A stretch of 64,000 nt of DNA from Octopus vulgaris (Eukaryota): positions 87,110,001 to 87,174,000 of the forward strand of contig OX597814.1 in NCBI GenBank assembly GCA_951406725.2. The letters are read 5' to 3'. Shown piece after piece: positions 25,722-38,390 of the stretch. A program made the position numbers and the translations under genes. Numbering within the stretch: the stretch's first letter is position 1; the number at the start of each line of letters is the position of its first letter. The notes under the pieces were generated by a model. That model made no database searches. It was given only the letters and a program-made list of their open reading frames with translations, and had not been told where the DNA came from.

Positions 25722-28403
25722 AAGAAAGATCGATTCTATGACACTCTACTGCAGACTACCGCGTTGACGAACGACAGAGACCTTATCTTTGTGGCTGGTG
25801 ACTTCAATGGTCACGTTGGACGACATGCTGGGGGCTTCCATGGTGTACATGGAGGCTATGGATCCCGAAACGAGGAGGGAACCAGGCTGCTGGAGTTCTG
25901 TGATGCAAATAATCTTATGATTTGCAACACTAACTTCAGGAAACCTACCAGCCACCTAGTCACTTACTGATCGGGCCAACATACCAGCCAAATTGACTAC
26001 ATCCTTGCAAGGCAAAGGGAGAGATGGCTGCTTATAAATGCCAAAACCTTCCCAGGTGAAGAATGTACCCCACAACATAGACTGGTAGTTAGTGACTTTA
26101 GGATCAGGACTAGGAGGACAACCAGAAGACGACCAATATGGAGAAGAAGGATCTGGAAGCTTAAAGATCCTGCAAATGGACAGAGATTTAGAGACATATT
26201 ACTTGAAGCCTCTGACGAAGTAGAAGGGGATAGAGCATCACAGGGGGTAGAAGACAGCTGGACGTTTCTAAGGGACAACTTGCTGAGAGCCACTGACCAG
26301 ATCTGTGGCTGGTGCAAAGTCCCCTCTCGACCTAGAATAACGTGGTGGTGGAACAATATTGTAGACAGGGCTATTAGAGAAAAGAGACAGGCTTGGAAGG
26401 TCTGGAAAAATGGGGGTAGCAGGGAATTGTATCAGACTGCCAAAAGAGAAGCTAAGAGACAGGTTTATTTAGCCAGAGGGGAAGCAGATAAGAAAAAATT
26501 TGCCAATGTTCTGCGCCGTGAGGACCAAAGACTGGAGGTGTTTCGCGTTGCAAGACAGTGTGTGAGAGAGAATCGTGATGTGGTAGGAGAGAAGTGTGTT
26601 CGCATGGAAGATGGTTCACTTGCGCTAAATGAGGATGCAAAGAGAGAGGTTTGGAGATGCCACTATGAAAGTTTGCTGAATAAAGAAAATGAATGGGATA
26701 AAGAGAGTCTGCCGAATGTTGACCCAACAGAGGGACCAGCTATCCGAGTTGATAGTTCCGTGGTAGCTAAGGCAATTAGAAGCATGAAGACAGGAAAAGC
26801 CCCAGGCCCATCAGGAATCACTGCAGAGATGCTCAAAATGTCTGGTAGTGTCGGCTATAGCCTAGTCACCCATATAGTTAATCAGGTGATACACAAAGGA
26901 GTCATACCCAATGACTGGTGTAGCAGCATAATAGTCAACTGCTACAAAGGTAAAGGTGACGTCCTAGATACAAATAACTACAGAGGTATCAAGCTGTTGG
27001 ATCAGGTGATGAAGGTTACGGAGAGGGTCATAGCCCAACTAATTAGAGAGAGAGTTAGTTTAGATGAGATGCAGTTTGGGTTTGTGCCAGGGAAAAGTAC
27101 TACTGATGCTATATTCCTGGTAAGGCAGCTGCAGGAGAAATACCTAGCCAAAGATAAGCCCCTGTACCTGGCTTTTGTTGACATGGAGAAAGCCTTCGAC
27201 AGGGTTCCCCGATCCCTTATCTGGTGGGCAATGAGGAAACTAGGGATAGATGAATGGTTAGTGAGAGCTGTGCGGGCCATGTATAGGGACGCTGCTAGTA
27301 GGGTGAGGGTTGGAAACGAGTACAGTGAAGAATTCCGGGTAGAGGTAGGGGTCCACCAAGGCTCAGTACTCAGCCCCCTCCTATTTATCATAGTCCTCCA
27401 GGCAATAACGGAGGAATTCAAGACAGGATGCCCTTGGGAGCTCCTCTATGCTGATGACCTTGCTCTAATTGCTGAGTCGCTATCAGAACTGGAGGAGAAG
27501 TTTCAGGTGTGGAAACAAGGATTAGAATCGAAGGGCCTCAGAGTCAATCTAGCTAAAACCAAAGTCGTAATCAGTAGGAAGGTAGACAAATCACAAACGC
27601 CTTCAGGTAGATGGCCCTGCTCGATCTGTAGAAAAGGTGTAGGTAGAAACTCTATAAGATGCACCAAGTGTAAGCTATGGACACATAAGAGGTGCAGCAA
27701 TGTCAAAGGAAGGCTAACTAGGAAGATGGTTTTTGTATGTGGCAGATGCTCAGGAACAATAAACACTGAAAATGCTCTGAGACCAACTTCCGTCACTTTC
27801 CAGGGGGAAAAACTAGAAATAGTTGATAGTTTCCGTTACCTAGGTGACCAAGTCAGCAGCGGGGGCGGGTGTGCTGAAAGTGTAACTGCTAGAGTAAGAA
27901 TAGCTTGGGCAAAGTTCAGAGAGCTCTTACCTCTGCTGGTGACAAAAGGCCTCTCGCACAGAGTGAAAGGCAGACTGTATGATGCGTGTGTACGAACAGC
28001 CATGCTACATGGCAGTGAAACATGGGCCGTGACTGCTGAGGATATGCGTAAGCTCGCAAGAAATGAAGCCAGTATGCTCCGATGGATGTGTAATGTCAGT
28101 GTTCATAATCAACAGAGTGTAAGTACCTTGAGAGAAAAGCTGGACCTAAGAAGCATCAGTTTTGGTGTGCAAGAGAGACGATTGCACTGGTATGGTCATG
28201 TGGCGAGAATGGATGAAGATAGTTGTGTGAAAAAGTGCCACACCCTAGTGGTTGAGGGAACCTGTGGAAGAGGCAGGCCCAGGAAAACCTGGGACGAGGT
28301 GGTGAAGCACGACCTTCGAACTTTAGGTCTCACTGAGGAAATGACTAGAGACCGAGTCCTCTGGAAGTGTGCTGTGCACGAGAAGACCCGGCAGGACAAG
28401 TGA
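25722..28403 (+). pseudogene. LINE APE-RT-PHD reading frame with one internal stop (TGA 25968-25970)
   Basis: ORFs 25764..25970 and 26280..28403 are in the same frame, and the interval between them reads open. Confidence 0.9.
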
Positions 28404-29100
28404 GTCCATAACCCGTGGCCTTCTACTTGGGATGGAGCCAGCCTACGTATGCATACCTTCCCTTCTTGGGACACAAAACTCTACTTGTGAAGACCTGTTG
28501 AGGCAAGTGAGGATCAGAATCGAAATCGATCAATGGAAATTGCAGATGTGTTACCAGTGCCGGTGGCATGTCGATACTCTACTTGTGAAGACCCGTTGAG
28601 GCAAGTGAGGATCAGAATGGAAATCGATCAATGGAAATTGCAGATGTGTTACCAGTGCCGGTGGCATGTCGAAACTCTACTTGTGAAGACCCGTTGAGGC
28701 AAGTGAGGATCAGAATGGAAATCGATCAATGGAAATTGCAGATGTGTTACCAGTGCCGGTGGCATGTAAGAGAACCTTCCGTTTCGCGACCGTTGCCAGC
28801 ACCGCCCCGTTTCGTGTCCGTTGCCAGCCTTGCCTGGCCCTTGTGCCGGTGGCACATAAAAAGCACCATCCGTTCGTGGCCGTTTGCCAGCTCTGTCTGG
28901 CACCTGTGCAGGTGGCACGTAAAAAGCACCCACTACACTCACGGAGTGGTTGGCGTTAGGAAGGGCATCCAGCCGTAGAAACACTGCCAGATTTGACTGG
29001 GCCTGATGAAGCCTTCTGGCTTCACAGACCCCAGTAGAACCGTCCAACCCATGCTAGCATGGAAAACGGACGCTAAACGACGATGATGATGATGATGATG
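25723..29100 (+). mobile_element. RTE-clade LINE, 5'-truncated within the AP endonuclease, with 3' UTR and (GAT)n tail
   Basis: APE motifs AGDFNGHVG and SQIDYIL; RT motifs NYRGIKLL, QFGF, FVDMEKAFDRV, GVHQGSVLSPLLF, YADD; GC-richer than flanks. Confidence 0.95.
28478..28767 (+). repeat. Three tandem ~98-nt units in the LINE 3' UTR
   Basis: actctacttgtgaagacc starts at 28478, 28576 and 28674. Confidence 0.95.
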
Positions 29101-29111
29101 CCCTGGTTCAG

Positions 29112-29396
29112 TTTTACTTCTTTATCATTTGTCAATTTAACCAACTAACTAATTAATTGTTTGATTAATCACTGTTATTCAATCAATCAGTTGTGTTTGT
29201 CAAAGTCCTTTCATCATTTGTGACAGACCTGGAACTGACCTGAAATAGAGAGAACATGTCACTGAAGAGGTCATGGATGGCAACAAAAAAACTTTGACAA
29301 ATACAACTGAATGATTGATTAACCAAATGATTAATTAAACAATCAACTAGTTAGTTGATTAAGTAGCTAACCAATTGGTGAAATAAAGAAGTAAAA
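29112..29396. repeat. Imperfect inverted repeat (~95-105-nt arms)
   Basis: ttttacttctttat / ataaagaagtaaaa; cagttgtgtttgtcaaagt / actttgacaaatacaactg. Confidence 0.8.
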
Positions 29397-30224
29397 TTAT
29401 GTGTATGCTTATTAATTATTGGCATCTCAAGATACAACAAAATTTGTTTTGACACAGAGTTCACATCAAGAACCTTGCAAACCAAATACAGTTATTTTCT
29501 TATGTTTCTGCTTTAATAAATCTCTTATAGTCTCTACTTCTTTATCACTTTTTCTCTCTATCTCTCTCTGTCCTTGACTCTCTCCTTTTTTTCTCTACCT
29601 CACACTTTATTTCATATTTTTGTTGTTGTTTTATCTCTGAGTCCATGATCCTTGCAATACCTAAAACCGTTGCAGGCCCTCTAAGACTTGAAAGATCAAT
29701 ACTGCTAGTATGCAAGCTTGAATCTATGTTGTTGAATGTAGAACAGATGTGAGTTGGGGTGGAAATGATAGAGGGTTGTCATTCTGGAGAGGAAAGATTG
29801 GGAAATGGTTATAATGCAGGGCTTAGTAGGGAAACACAGTAAATGTAATGCAAGGAAGTAAAACAGAGACAGTGTGACTGGAATGAATTGTAGGTAACTT
29901 GTTTAGAGGAACAAAGGCTATTGTCATAGTAATTGTGTATCACCCTGTAGTAAATTCTGGCACAGTGTAGTAGGTTTAGGTTTATTTTTCATCATGCATA
30001 TCTGATCAAAAGTGTAACTTTATTCTGTTTCTGCATATGCTATTTTTAATGTTGTTTAATGTTGTTATATCTTGTTGTGGGGAGCATGTATACATTTTTC
30101 CCCAGTCTTTAATTACAGTGCTTTTTAAAGGACCAACTAATTTAAATTTCCAGTTTATAAGTTCCATAAATATAGATCTACTTACACGTATATTTCTAGA
30201 CTTCTAGACGTGTTCATATAGTCA

Positions 30225-30650
30225 ATATTGGTTTCAAATTTTTGGTACAAGGCCAGCAAGTTTGGGGGATGAGGTAAGTCAATTGCATTGACCTCAATCC
30301 TTAACTTGTATTTGTTTTATTGACCCCAAAAGGATGAAAGGCAAAGTTAATCTCAGCAGAATTTGAACTCAGAATGTAAAGACAGATGAAATGCCACTAA
30401 GCATTTTGTCCAGCATGCAAACAATTCTGCCAACTTACTGCCTTATCTCATATTATTAATATTGATTTCAAATTTTGGCCCAGGGCCAGCAATTATGGGA
30501 GAGGGCGTAAGTTGATTACATCAACCTCAGTGTTCAACTGGTACTTCTTTTATCGATCCCAAAAGGATGAAAGGCAAAGTAGACCTCAGTGGAATTTGAA
30601 CTCAGAAAGTAAAGATGGATGAAATGATGCTAAGCATTTTGCCCAGTATA
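30225..30650 (-). mobile_element. Two tandem Nin/Deu-domain SINE copies
   Basis: Repeated tttcaaattttgg...aaaggatgaaaggcaaagt...aatttgaactcagaa at ~30230 and ~30465. Confidence 0.85.
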
Positions 30651-30661
30651 CTTTCATATTA

Positions 30662-31738
30662 TCGGGGTTTTCCGAAAATTCACCCATCCATTAGATTGCC
30701 CATGGCCTAAAATCAAGGTCCCAAAGAATATTTACTTAACAGTCTCTAACAGGGGATAAATCACATATGAACTCATGCAGCTGTGGGCTGACAAAGTGTT
30801 TGGGTAGAGAACAGCACAACTATTCCATGCTCAAAATTCAGTGCTATTCATGGATGAATGCTCAGTGTACAAGAAAACAGAGCTCCTAGAAGTGTTCAAA
30901 TGTAGGAATACAATTCTTAAACTTATACCTCCTAAAACAACAACTTACTTGCAGCTGTTAGATGTATTAATTATTGGTCCTGTCAAGAAAGCCCTTTGTG
31001 CTGAATGGGAGAATTGGTTTTCAAATGGCAAAAGGAGTATACAAATAAAGGATATCGCAAAAAACCTTATCAAGAGATAGTGAACTTTGTGACCCAAGCT
31101 GTTGCCACTTTAAATAAAGAAACTATAAAGCGTGCTTTTGAATGTTGTGGAATTGCTCCTTGTGGACAGACTGTAGAACACAGCCTCTTAAACTCACGCT
31201 TACAAGATATTTTGTTTTGCCTTGAGGTAAATGCACCAGATGCACATAATGACAAAATTGAAGATGAGATACAAGTAAATGAAATTTGCTCTGATGTGAA
31301 TTATGGCCAAGCAACAAATGAAGAATTTCATGGCATTTAACTTGAAATTATTTGGTTTTTATCCTACCATAAATGCCTAAGGACATTATTTGTTCATACG
31401 AGGCTTCTATTCATGTTTTCAACAGTTTATTTTTCAATATTTCCTAATAGATCCATTGTTTAATTCAGAATATTTTTTAATATGCTACATCTTTTAAGGC
31501 TGTTTGAGTTTCTTTATGTCTATATATCTGATAACTGAAATGATAGAAGTTCAATGGAATTATATAAAATAAATATGGTTTTGAGAATATCATTGTTTTT
31601 CCTGGGTGAAACATTTTACTTCCATATTACTGCCCATGGGTACTTATTATAGGTGGGCGGTTATTTAAGCCAAAAAATAGTTTTGTAAAATAGAATTTTC
31701 TGTTTAACAGTCCTGGGCAGATTTTCCAAAAACCCTGG
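30662..31738 (+). mobile_element. pogo-family DNA transposon deletion derivative with TIRs, TA TSD and frameshifted DDE_1 remnant
   Basis: TA|tcggggttttccgaaaattcaccca ... tgggcagattttccaaaaaccctgg|TA; LFMD...IPPKTTTYLQLLDV..GPVK and IKRAFECCGI. Confidence 0.85.
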
Positions 31739-31828
31739 TACTAATATTAATAATTTTTTCTGTGTAGTGGCTAATTTAAACTTGTAACAATAGGTTATTT
31801 TAACATGATTTTTTTCTGTATTCATTAG

Positions 31829-32012
31829 TATTATTGATGCTCGAGAATTTGAATGGGAGAGTCAGCTAAGATTCTATTGGATACGCGAACCGGATGAGCT
31901 TGTTGTCCGACAATGCACTGGTGAGTTTGGTTATGGTTATGAATATATGGGCCTTAATGGACGTTTGGTTATCACTCCATTAACTGACAGGATCTATCTT
32001 ACTCTAACACAG
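31829..32012 (+). CDS. DNAH10: DNAH10 exon w17 (entry into AAA1)
   Basis: cattag|T...CAG|gtgag; FEWESQLRFYW...YGYEYMGLNGRLVITPLTDRIYLTLTQ. Confidence 0.97.
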
Positions 32013-32343
32013 GTGAGTTTTTCTATTTCTTATAATTTTCTTCCTCCTCCTCCTTCTGCTACTTCTCTTTCTGCTGCTCCCTCTCTTCTTTTCTCACCTC
32101 ATTTCATTTGCTTTTCTTGTTTTTTTCTGTTTGTTCCTCTTTTTCTCTCTGCAAATCAAAGTTTTATACTAATAAAAGATTGTTGAAATCAGGGAAACAG
32201 GTACCAATATCAATACATTTTTGGTCTTAAGAAAGACAAGTACATATTCTCTCCCCACCATTTCCAATAAATAAGCCACACTCAAACCATAAAGTAAAAG
32301 AGATAGCTCCATTGTAAGTTATTAAGAAAAAAACTGGATTTTA

Positions 32344-32484
32344 TAAGGTTGTCCCAAAAGTTCGTATAAATTCTTGGAAAATAATGGTCTTTATTTTGAG
32401 GAATAATTTTTATTGTTTTTGTTAGTACTTGGTGAGTAAAAATTCAATTTTCGCAAGTGTTTACGAACTTTTGGGACAACCTAA
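32344..32484. mobile_element. mariner-type MITE (141 bp)
   Basis: TIR aggttgtcccaaaagttcgta / tacgaacttttgggacaacct; TA flanks. Confidence 0.88.
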
Positions 32485-33253
32485 TAATATTTTCATTATT
32501 GTACTTCATTCCCAGTTGAACCAATGCATAACATTGATTCTGCTTCTCTTCATCTGCAATGTTTTTCTTCTAAACTCCAAATGAAACATTTTAAAGAATT
32601 CTTCATTGCATACAATGTGTTGTTTTCTGACTTTGTAGGCATGTCCACGTGTGTTAGACACATGGAGATCAAAAAGGTGTTCAGTGTTGTTGTTGGTGAG
32701 GTGGTTGATAATGCACAGAATTGTACATTTTCCCCCTACAAAACCACTTTAAAAGATCTTTCAATAAGTATATAATGAAACATACTACATTTCTTTTTAC
32801 CACAATATATAGTTGTAACTTGGGGCTGCATCTTAAGCAAGAGTGTTTCTTATACGCCAGGAGCTATGACAATTTTCTTTCTAATAAGTTGTGCTATAAA
32901 CCATCCAGTTACTTTCCTAAGTAGATCCAGTCATTCAATATCTTTATAGCTGTCTGTTCTAGCGTATCTCCTTTCTTCTTGTAGTAGATGATAATGATAC
33001 TGCTATACCAGTCATTTAGAATGACTTACACACTTAATCAATGAGTGACTAGAGCATATTCTACTTCACCAGACAATGATCCAGCAGCTTCTTTTCAATC
33101 CCATTTTATAAATCAACAGCAAAAAAAATATTAAGTTTGGAACTTTCAGGTTTGCTATTCATTTTTTGGATTGAATGTTTTGTGAAACCATTCTAGAATT
33201 CTACACAACATACAATTCATTGCACAATTACTATGTCTAGTGAACTTAAGTGA

Positions 33254-33530
33254 AGGTGTGTGGCTTAGTGATTAGGGTATTTGGCCCATGATTGTATGAT
33301 CATCAGTTCGATTCCCACCAGCATGTTGTGTCCTTGAGCAAGACACTTTATTTCACATTGCTCCAGTCCAGCTGGCAAAAATGAGTAGTACCTGTATTTC
33401 AAAGGGCCAGCCTTGTCACACTGAATCTCTCTGAGAACTATGTTAAGAGTACACATGTCTGTGGAGTGCTCAGCCACTAGCACGTTAATTTTACAAGCAT
33501 GCTGCTCTGTTGATCGTAACCAACGGAGTG
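33254..33530 (+). mobile_element. tRNA-derived SINE (family B)
   Basis: tggcttagtgattagg A-box and agttcgattccc B-box, then tgtccttgagcaagacacttta; similar copy on minus strand at ~46220-46490. Confidence 0.8.
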
Positions 33531-33957
33531 CTCCTCCTAGTGAACTTATGCTTATCTGGCTTCCAGCCTACGACACTTAGTCCTTCACCCGTAATATGAC
33601 TGCATTAGAAGTAGGGTAGTTTTTGTTTAGATAGATTTTAAAATTAAAAAAGGTAATCTTATATGCTAGCAAATATGGTACCTTAAATGAGATACATTTC
33701 AGTTTAATGCCAGGATGGGTATCACTGGTGCTTTTTTTACCTAATGAGACAATTTCAGGAATTCTTAGTGAAGAGTAAATTAATATACCTAGCATTCATT
33801 GACTTGTAGTAAATGAATGCTTGGTATAGGACTTGTAATCATTGTATGCTCTGTAGTCTTGTGGCATTTAAAAACAAACTAGGCATAAATGAATGGTTAG
33901 TTGAAAATGACAGTAAGTCAAAAGTTAGTAATAAATCCAATGAGTAATTTAGTATTT

Positions 33958-34365
33958 TCTCTCTCTTTTCTCTCTTTTCCTTGTTTCAGTCATTTGACTG
34001 TGGCCATGCTGGAGTGCCGCCTTTAGTCGAGCAAATCGACCCCGGGACTTATTCTTTGTAAGCCCAGTGCTTATTCTATCGGTCTCTTTTGCCGAACCGC
34101 TAAATGACAGGGACGTAAACACACCAGCATCGGTTGTCAAGCAATGCTAGGGGGACAAACACAGACACACAAACATACATGCATATATATATACATATAT
34201 ACGACGGGCTTCTTTCAGTTTCCGTCTACCAAATCCACTCACAAGGCATTGGTTGGCCCGGGGCTATAGCAGAAGACACTTGCCCAAGATGCCGCACAGT
34301 GGGACTGAACCCGGAACCATGTGGTTGGTTAGCAAGGTACATAGCACACAGCCACTCCTGCGCCT
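33958..34365 (-). mobile_element. Full-length tRNA-derived SINE (family A, copy 2; CpG-rich)
   Basis: Closely similar to 16336-16768 and 39315-39726. Confidence 0.9.
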
Positions 34366-35149
34366 AGAATATAGATAGGAGTCCATCAGGGTCAACTCTT
34401 AACTCCCCCTTGTTTATAACAAATCTATATCACAATAGAAGAGGTTTTTCTGGCAGTCCATGGGAATATCTGTAAGCCAATGAGTTTGTTCACACAATGG
34501 AATCTGATGAAGAATAAGTAATGAAATTCCAAATGTAGAAGCAAAGTCTAGAATTGAGAAGTCTTAAAGTAAACCTAGGAATATTTTAGCTAGCAAGAAA
34601 GACAGGTCTCTACAGCTATCTGGAAACTGGCAATACTTGCTGTGCAGAAAATGAGTAGGAAGGAATATCATATGATGTGGCCAAAGTAAATTATGGGTGC
34701 ACATGAAAAGCAGTGGGATCACAAGTATATGAGTAGGAGCACATACATATGCATTGAAGTAACTATTAATATATAGGTAACCATGAAATTGATAGCTTTT
34801 CTTACCTAGATGACTAAACAGTTGAGGGAGGTACTATGAAAGCATAGTAGCCAAATAAAGAAAGAGCTGACAAAGCTTAAAGAGCACTTATTTGTACTGG
34901 TAATGAAAGGGTTCTCTCAACAAACAAAGGGTAGAGTGTATACTGCTTGTAATATGAAGTAAAACATGAGCATTGAGTGTCTGAAGGCTGGAAAAAAATG
35001 AAGTAGTCATGCTTCACTGAATATAATATGTTTGCATGTATGAGTGATGGAACACAGACCACTGATATAAAAAATAAGTATAAGCGGAATCAATGTAATG
35101 TGTTAGAGAGAGACTGGTATGGACATAGGTTGCATATGAAGACCAACAA

Positions 35150-35329
35150 TTGTGTAATGAAGAGAAAGAATGATAAAGACATGGGAAGAAAAGGTGAAGG
35201 ATGATCTCAGGAGGTTGATTCTCACAAAGGAGCTGACAAAGAACCACAACATGTGGCAAGATGCTCTGTTGAAGAAGACAAGTGCAATCCATGCAAGTAT
35301 GGAAAAATAAACATTATGATGATGATGAT
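35150..35329 (+). mobile_element. Decayed RTE LINE 3' end
   Basis: Resembles 28200-28400 joined to a catgcaagtatggaaaaa..(gat)n tail. Confidence 0.6.
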
Positions 35330-35397
35330 TAGAAATATGTACAACTTAGAAAATTTCATATTTGAGAACATTTCTTTAAGCTAATTTTATATTTCAG

Positions 35398-35532
35398 GCT
35401 TTATCAATGCAATTGGGAGGAGCTCCTGCTGGCCCTGCAGGAACTGGTAAAACAGAAACAACCAAAGACCTTGCCAAAGCACTGGGTCTTCTCTGTGTCG
35501 TAACCAACTGTGGTGAAGGGATGGACTTTAAG
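35398..35532 (+). CDS. DNAH10: DNAH10 exon w18 (AAA1 Walker A; not in ORF track)
   Basis: tttcag|GCT...AAG|gttaa; [45 protein letters not shown]. Confidence 0.97.
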
Positions 35533-36236
35533 GTTAATTTCTTATAACTTACTTATTCATTTTCTTTTTTATCTCAAGTTTGTTGGCAAGATTTGAATGC
35601 GGATCTTTAAAGAGTGAACTAAGTAAATGACTATATTGTGTGTATGAGTGTGTACATGTGTGTATGTGTGTGTTTTTCTCAGCTTTACCAAACTACTGGA
35701 ATAACACTGGGTTAGGTATGGTACCTGCACCTACCTCTGAATGATTACTCACAAAAGGCGAATTCTCAGGATCCATTTGACTAAGAATTTACCTTTAACT
35801 GTCAATGAACTTGTCCCTCAGTGAGATGTAAATTCATTGATAGAGATAAATTTGGCTTTTATCTCTGTGGAGATAATGCTCTGTGTAGATATCATGTAGA
35901 ACCATGCTCACAGCCGTTGTACTTCCTCCTATGATTAAGAAAAGTGTTAGTCTGATAAGCTTGATATGTTTGCTTCTTAGTTTAAATTTCTGCAGGTTGT
36001 TTCAAGGTTGAAATGTTGTCAGAAAGAGTTTCAGTTTCTGGGGTAAGGTTTAAGCAAAGTGGATCTGTGTGTGAGATACAGTTCAGGTAATGAAAGGAGA
36101 CAAAATTAGAGGATGGTGAGAAAATTTGTATATAGGAGTTGAGTACACTCTGGGGAGTCATCTCTAGTTAAGCATTGGCCTACACTGAAAAATCAATCAC
36201 TTTATATAAGAAAATCTTTCTCTGTATTCTTTTCAG

Positions 36237-36389
36237 GCTGTTGGCAAAATCTTGTCAGGACTTGCCCAATCTGGAGCTTGGGGTTGCTTTGATGAATTTA
36301 ACCGAATTGAAGCTTCTGTGCTCTCTGTTATTTCAACCCAAATGAAAACCATTCAGAATGCCCTGATCCTAAAACTGAAGAAATTCCAT
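36237..36389 (+). CDS. DNAH10: DNAH10 exon w19 (AAA1 Walker B)
   Basis: tttcag|GCT...CAT|gtaag; [25 protein letters not shown]. Confidence 0.97.
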
Positions 36390-36984
36390 GTAAGAATATC
36401 ATATTTGTCAATATTCTCATTTATTGCTTTGTACAGAGACCAGTGTAACTATTTTCCTCTACATTGTTAAAGGGAGACTGACACCATACATTTCTTACAT
36501 TGACATCAGGGACTCAGGCTTTTATGGGAGGAGAAATGAGATTAAGTGACATTTGTACCTTTCTTAAATGCAATAGTGACACAAAGGGAAATAGTTATCA
36601 TCAGGAATTGAAACTAGGCCTTGCATGAATCAACAAGAGAGCCTTATATGTTTACTCTGTTTGTTAGTAATAGTTGCCTAATCTCCCCTAAATTACACTT
36701 ATCACCATCTTGAAAAAGAAAGAGCACTTTAGATAATGAAGTCCTAAATGTTTGTAGAAACAAAGACAGCATGGTTTTTTACTGAATGCCTTTAAACACA
36801 TGTTTGTTGAATCAGGACTGACCTAGGGCTAATCAACAAACAGGCCATGCACTTCACTGACTTGGAGTTTAACTCTAATCCACTGAATAATGTGTAGCAT
36901 AATAAAAATTGTGGCAGTTGTAAATGTGATTATCATTGTTAGCATTGGTGTTGGCATTGGCAATATGTTGGCATAAACGGTGGT

Positions 36985-37370
36985 GGATTGATAGAATCTG
37001 TTGAACATGCCTTGTAGTATTTATTCTGGCACTTTACATTCTTGGTTCAAATCTTCCTGAAGTCAGCTAAGCCTTTCATGCCTCTGGGGCTGATAAGGCA
37101 CCAGGCAAGTACAGGGGTTGATTTAATTGATTAGCTCCCTCTGCTTATGATTGGTAGCCTTGTGCCTGAATAAGAAACCATTATTATTATTACTGTTAAA
37201 GAATGAGTTGGCATCACAGGCAGAATACTTAGCAACATTTTGTTTGTTTTTACATTCTGAGTTTAAATTCTGCTGAGGTCAACTTTGCCTTTCATCTTTT
37301 CGAGGTTGATGAAATAAGTACCAGTTAAGCACTGGGGCTAATGTAATCAACCAGCCCTCTTCCCCACACT
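36985..37370 (+). mobile_element. Two tandem decayed Nin/Deu-domain SINEs
   Basis: gcctttcatgcctctggggctgataa and gcctttcatcttttcgaggttgatgaaataagtaccag cores. Confidence 0.7.
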
Positions 37371-37997
37371 TAATAAATAATAGTGAGAGGTCAATTGTCT
37401 GTTGCAACCTAAATTTTTACCAAAATACATCATACTTTCTTTAGCTCTCAGTTCTTGCTGAAAGCCTTAAACTGTTTCTACCACTATTGATACTTCAACA
37501 TGATATGAGCAACAGCAGCATGACAGTATCTAGAAGCTAGCAACTATCTGACAAATACTATGATGACCAGCTACTTCTCTGATGTTATAGCACACACATG
37601 TAAATTGCTAACCATTTTAATTCAAGCATTCTTACATACTGTCAAACTTATTTACACCTGAATCAGTAAAGGTTCAAGAAAAAGTTATTTGATGGAATTC
37701 TGGTTTAAGTAGCCTATAACTTTTTATTTATTTTTTTTGAACTGTCAGAAAACTTTTGCAAATTCATGTTCTACACAGTGGAATTCATACAATTATGAAA
37801 ACAAAAATTTGTGTGATTTAAGGGTGATTTAGCTATTATTTTCAGCACATCCCACGACTACCGGATACCTTCCTTGTTTCTTTGTCACTCTGACATATAT
37901 TGATGTCTTTCAATATTTCTCTTCCCATAAACACATTTAATGGAATGATGATGCACCCAAAAGTGGTCCAATGCTGGGAATTAAGCCAAAAATTTGG

Positions 37998-38223
37998 ACT
38001 TCTTTTTACTTGTTTCAGTCATTTGACTGTGGCCATGCTGGAGCACTATCGTGAAGGGTTTTAGTCAAACAAGTTGACCCCAGGATTTGTTTTTTTTGAA
38101 GCCTAGTACTTATTTTATCAGTCTCTTTTGCCAAATGAAAAACACACCAACACTGGTTGTTAAGCAGTGATGGGGGTACAAACACAGATACAAAGACACA
38201 CACACACATAGATATATACATAC

Positions 38224-38309
<86 letters not shown>

Positions 38310-38340
38310 ATGTGTATATATATGTGTGTGTGTATATATA

Positions 38341-38390
<50 letters not shown>

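Noticed and set aside
26452-27796. Several minus-strand ORFs
   Set aside because: Antisense shadows of the LINE reading frame
28478-28767. Regular repeats that could suggest a CRISPR array
   Set aside because: Units are wholly repeated with no unique spacers; eukaryotic LINE UTR context; no cas genes
33254-33325. Possible tRNA gene
   Set aside because: A/B boxes present but it continues into a SINE body and lacks a clean acceptor stem; treated as a SINE head
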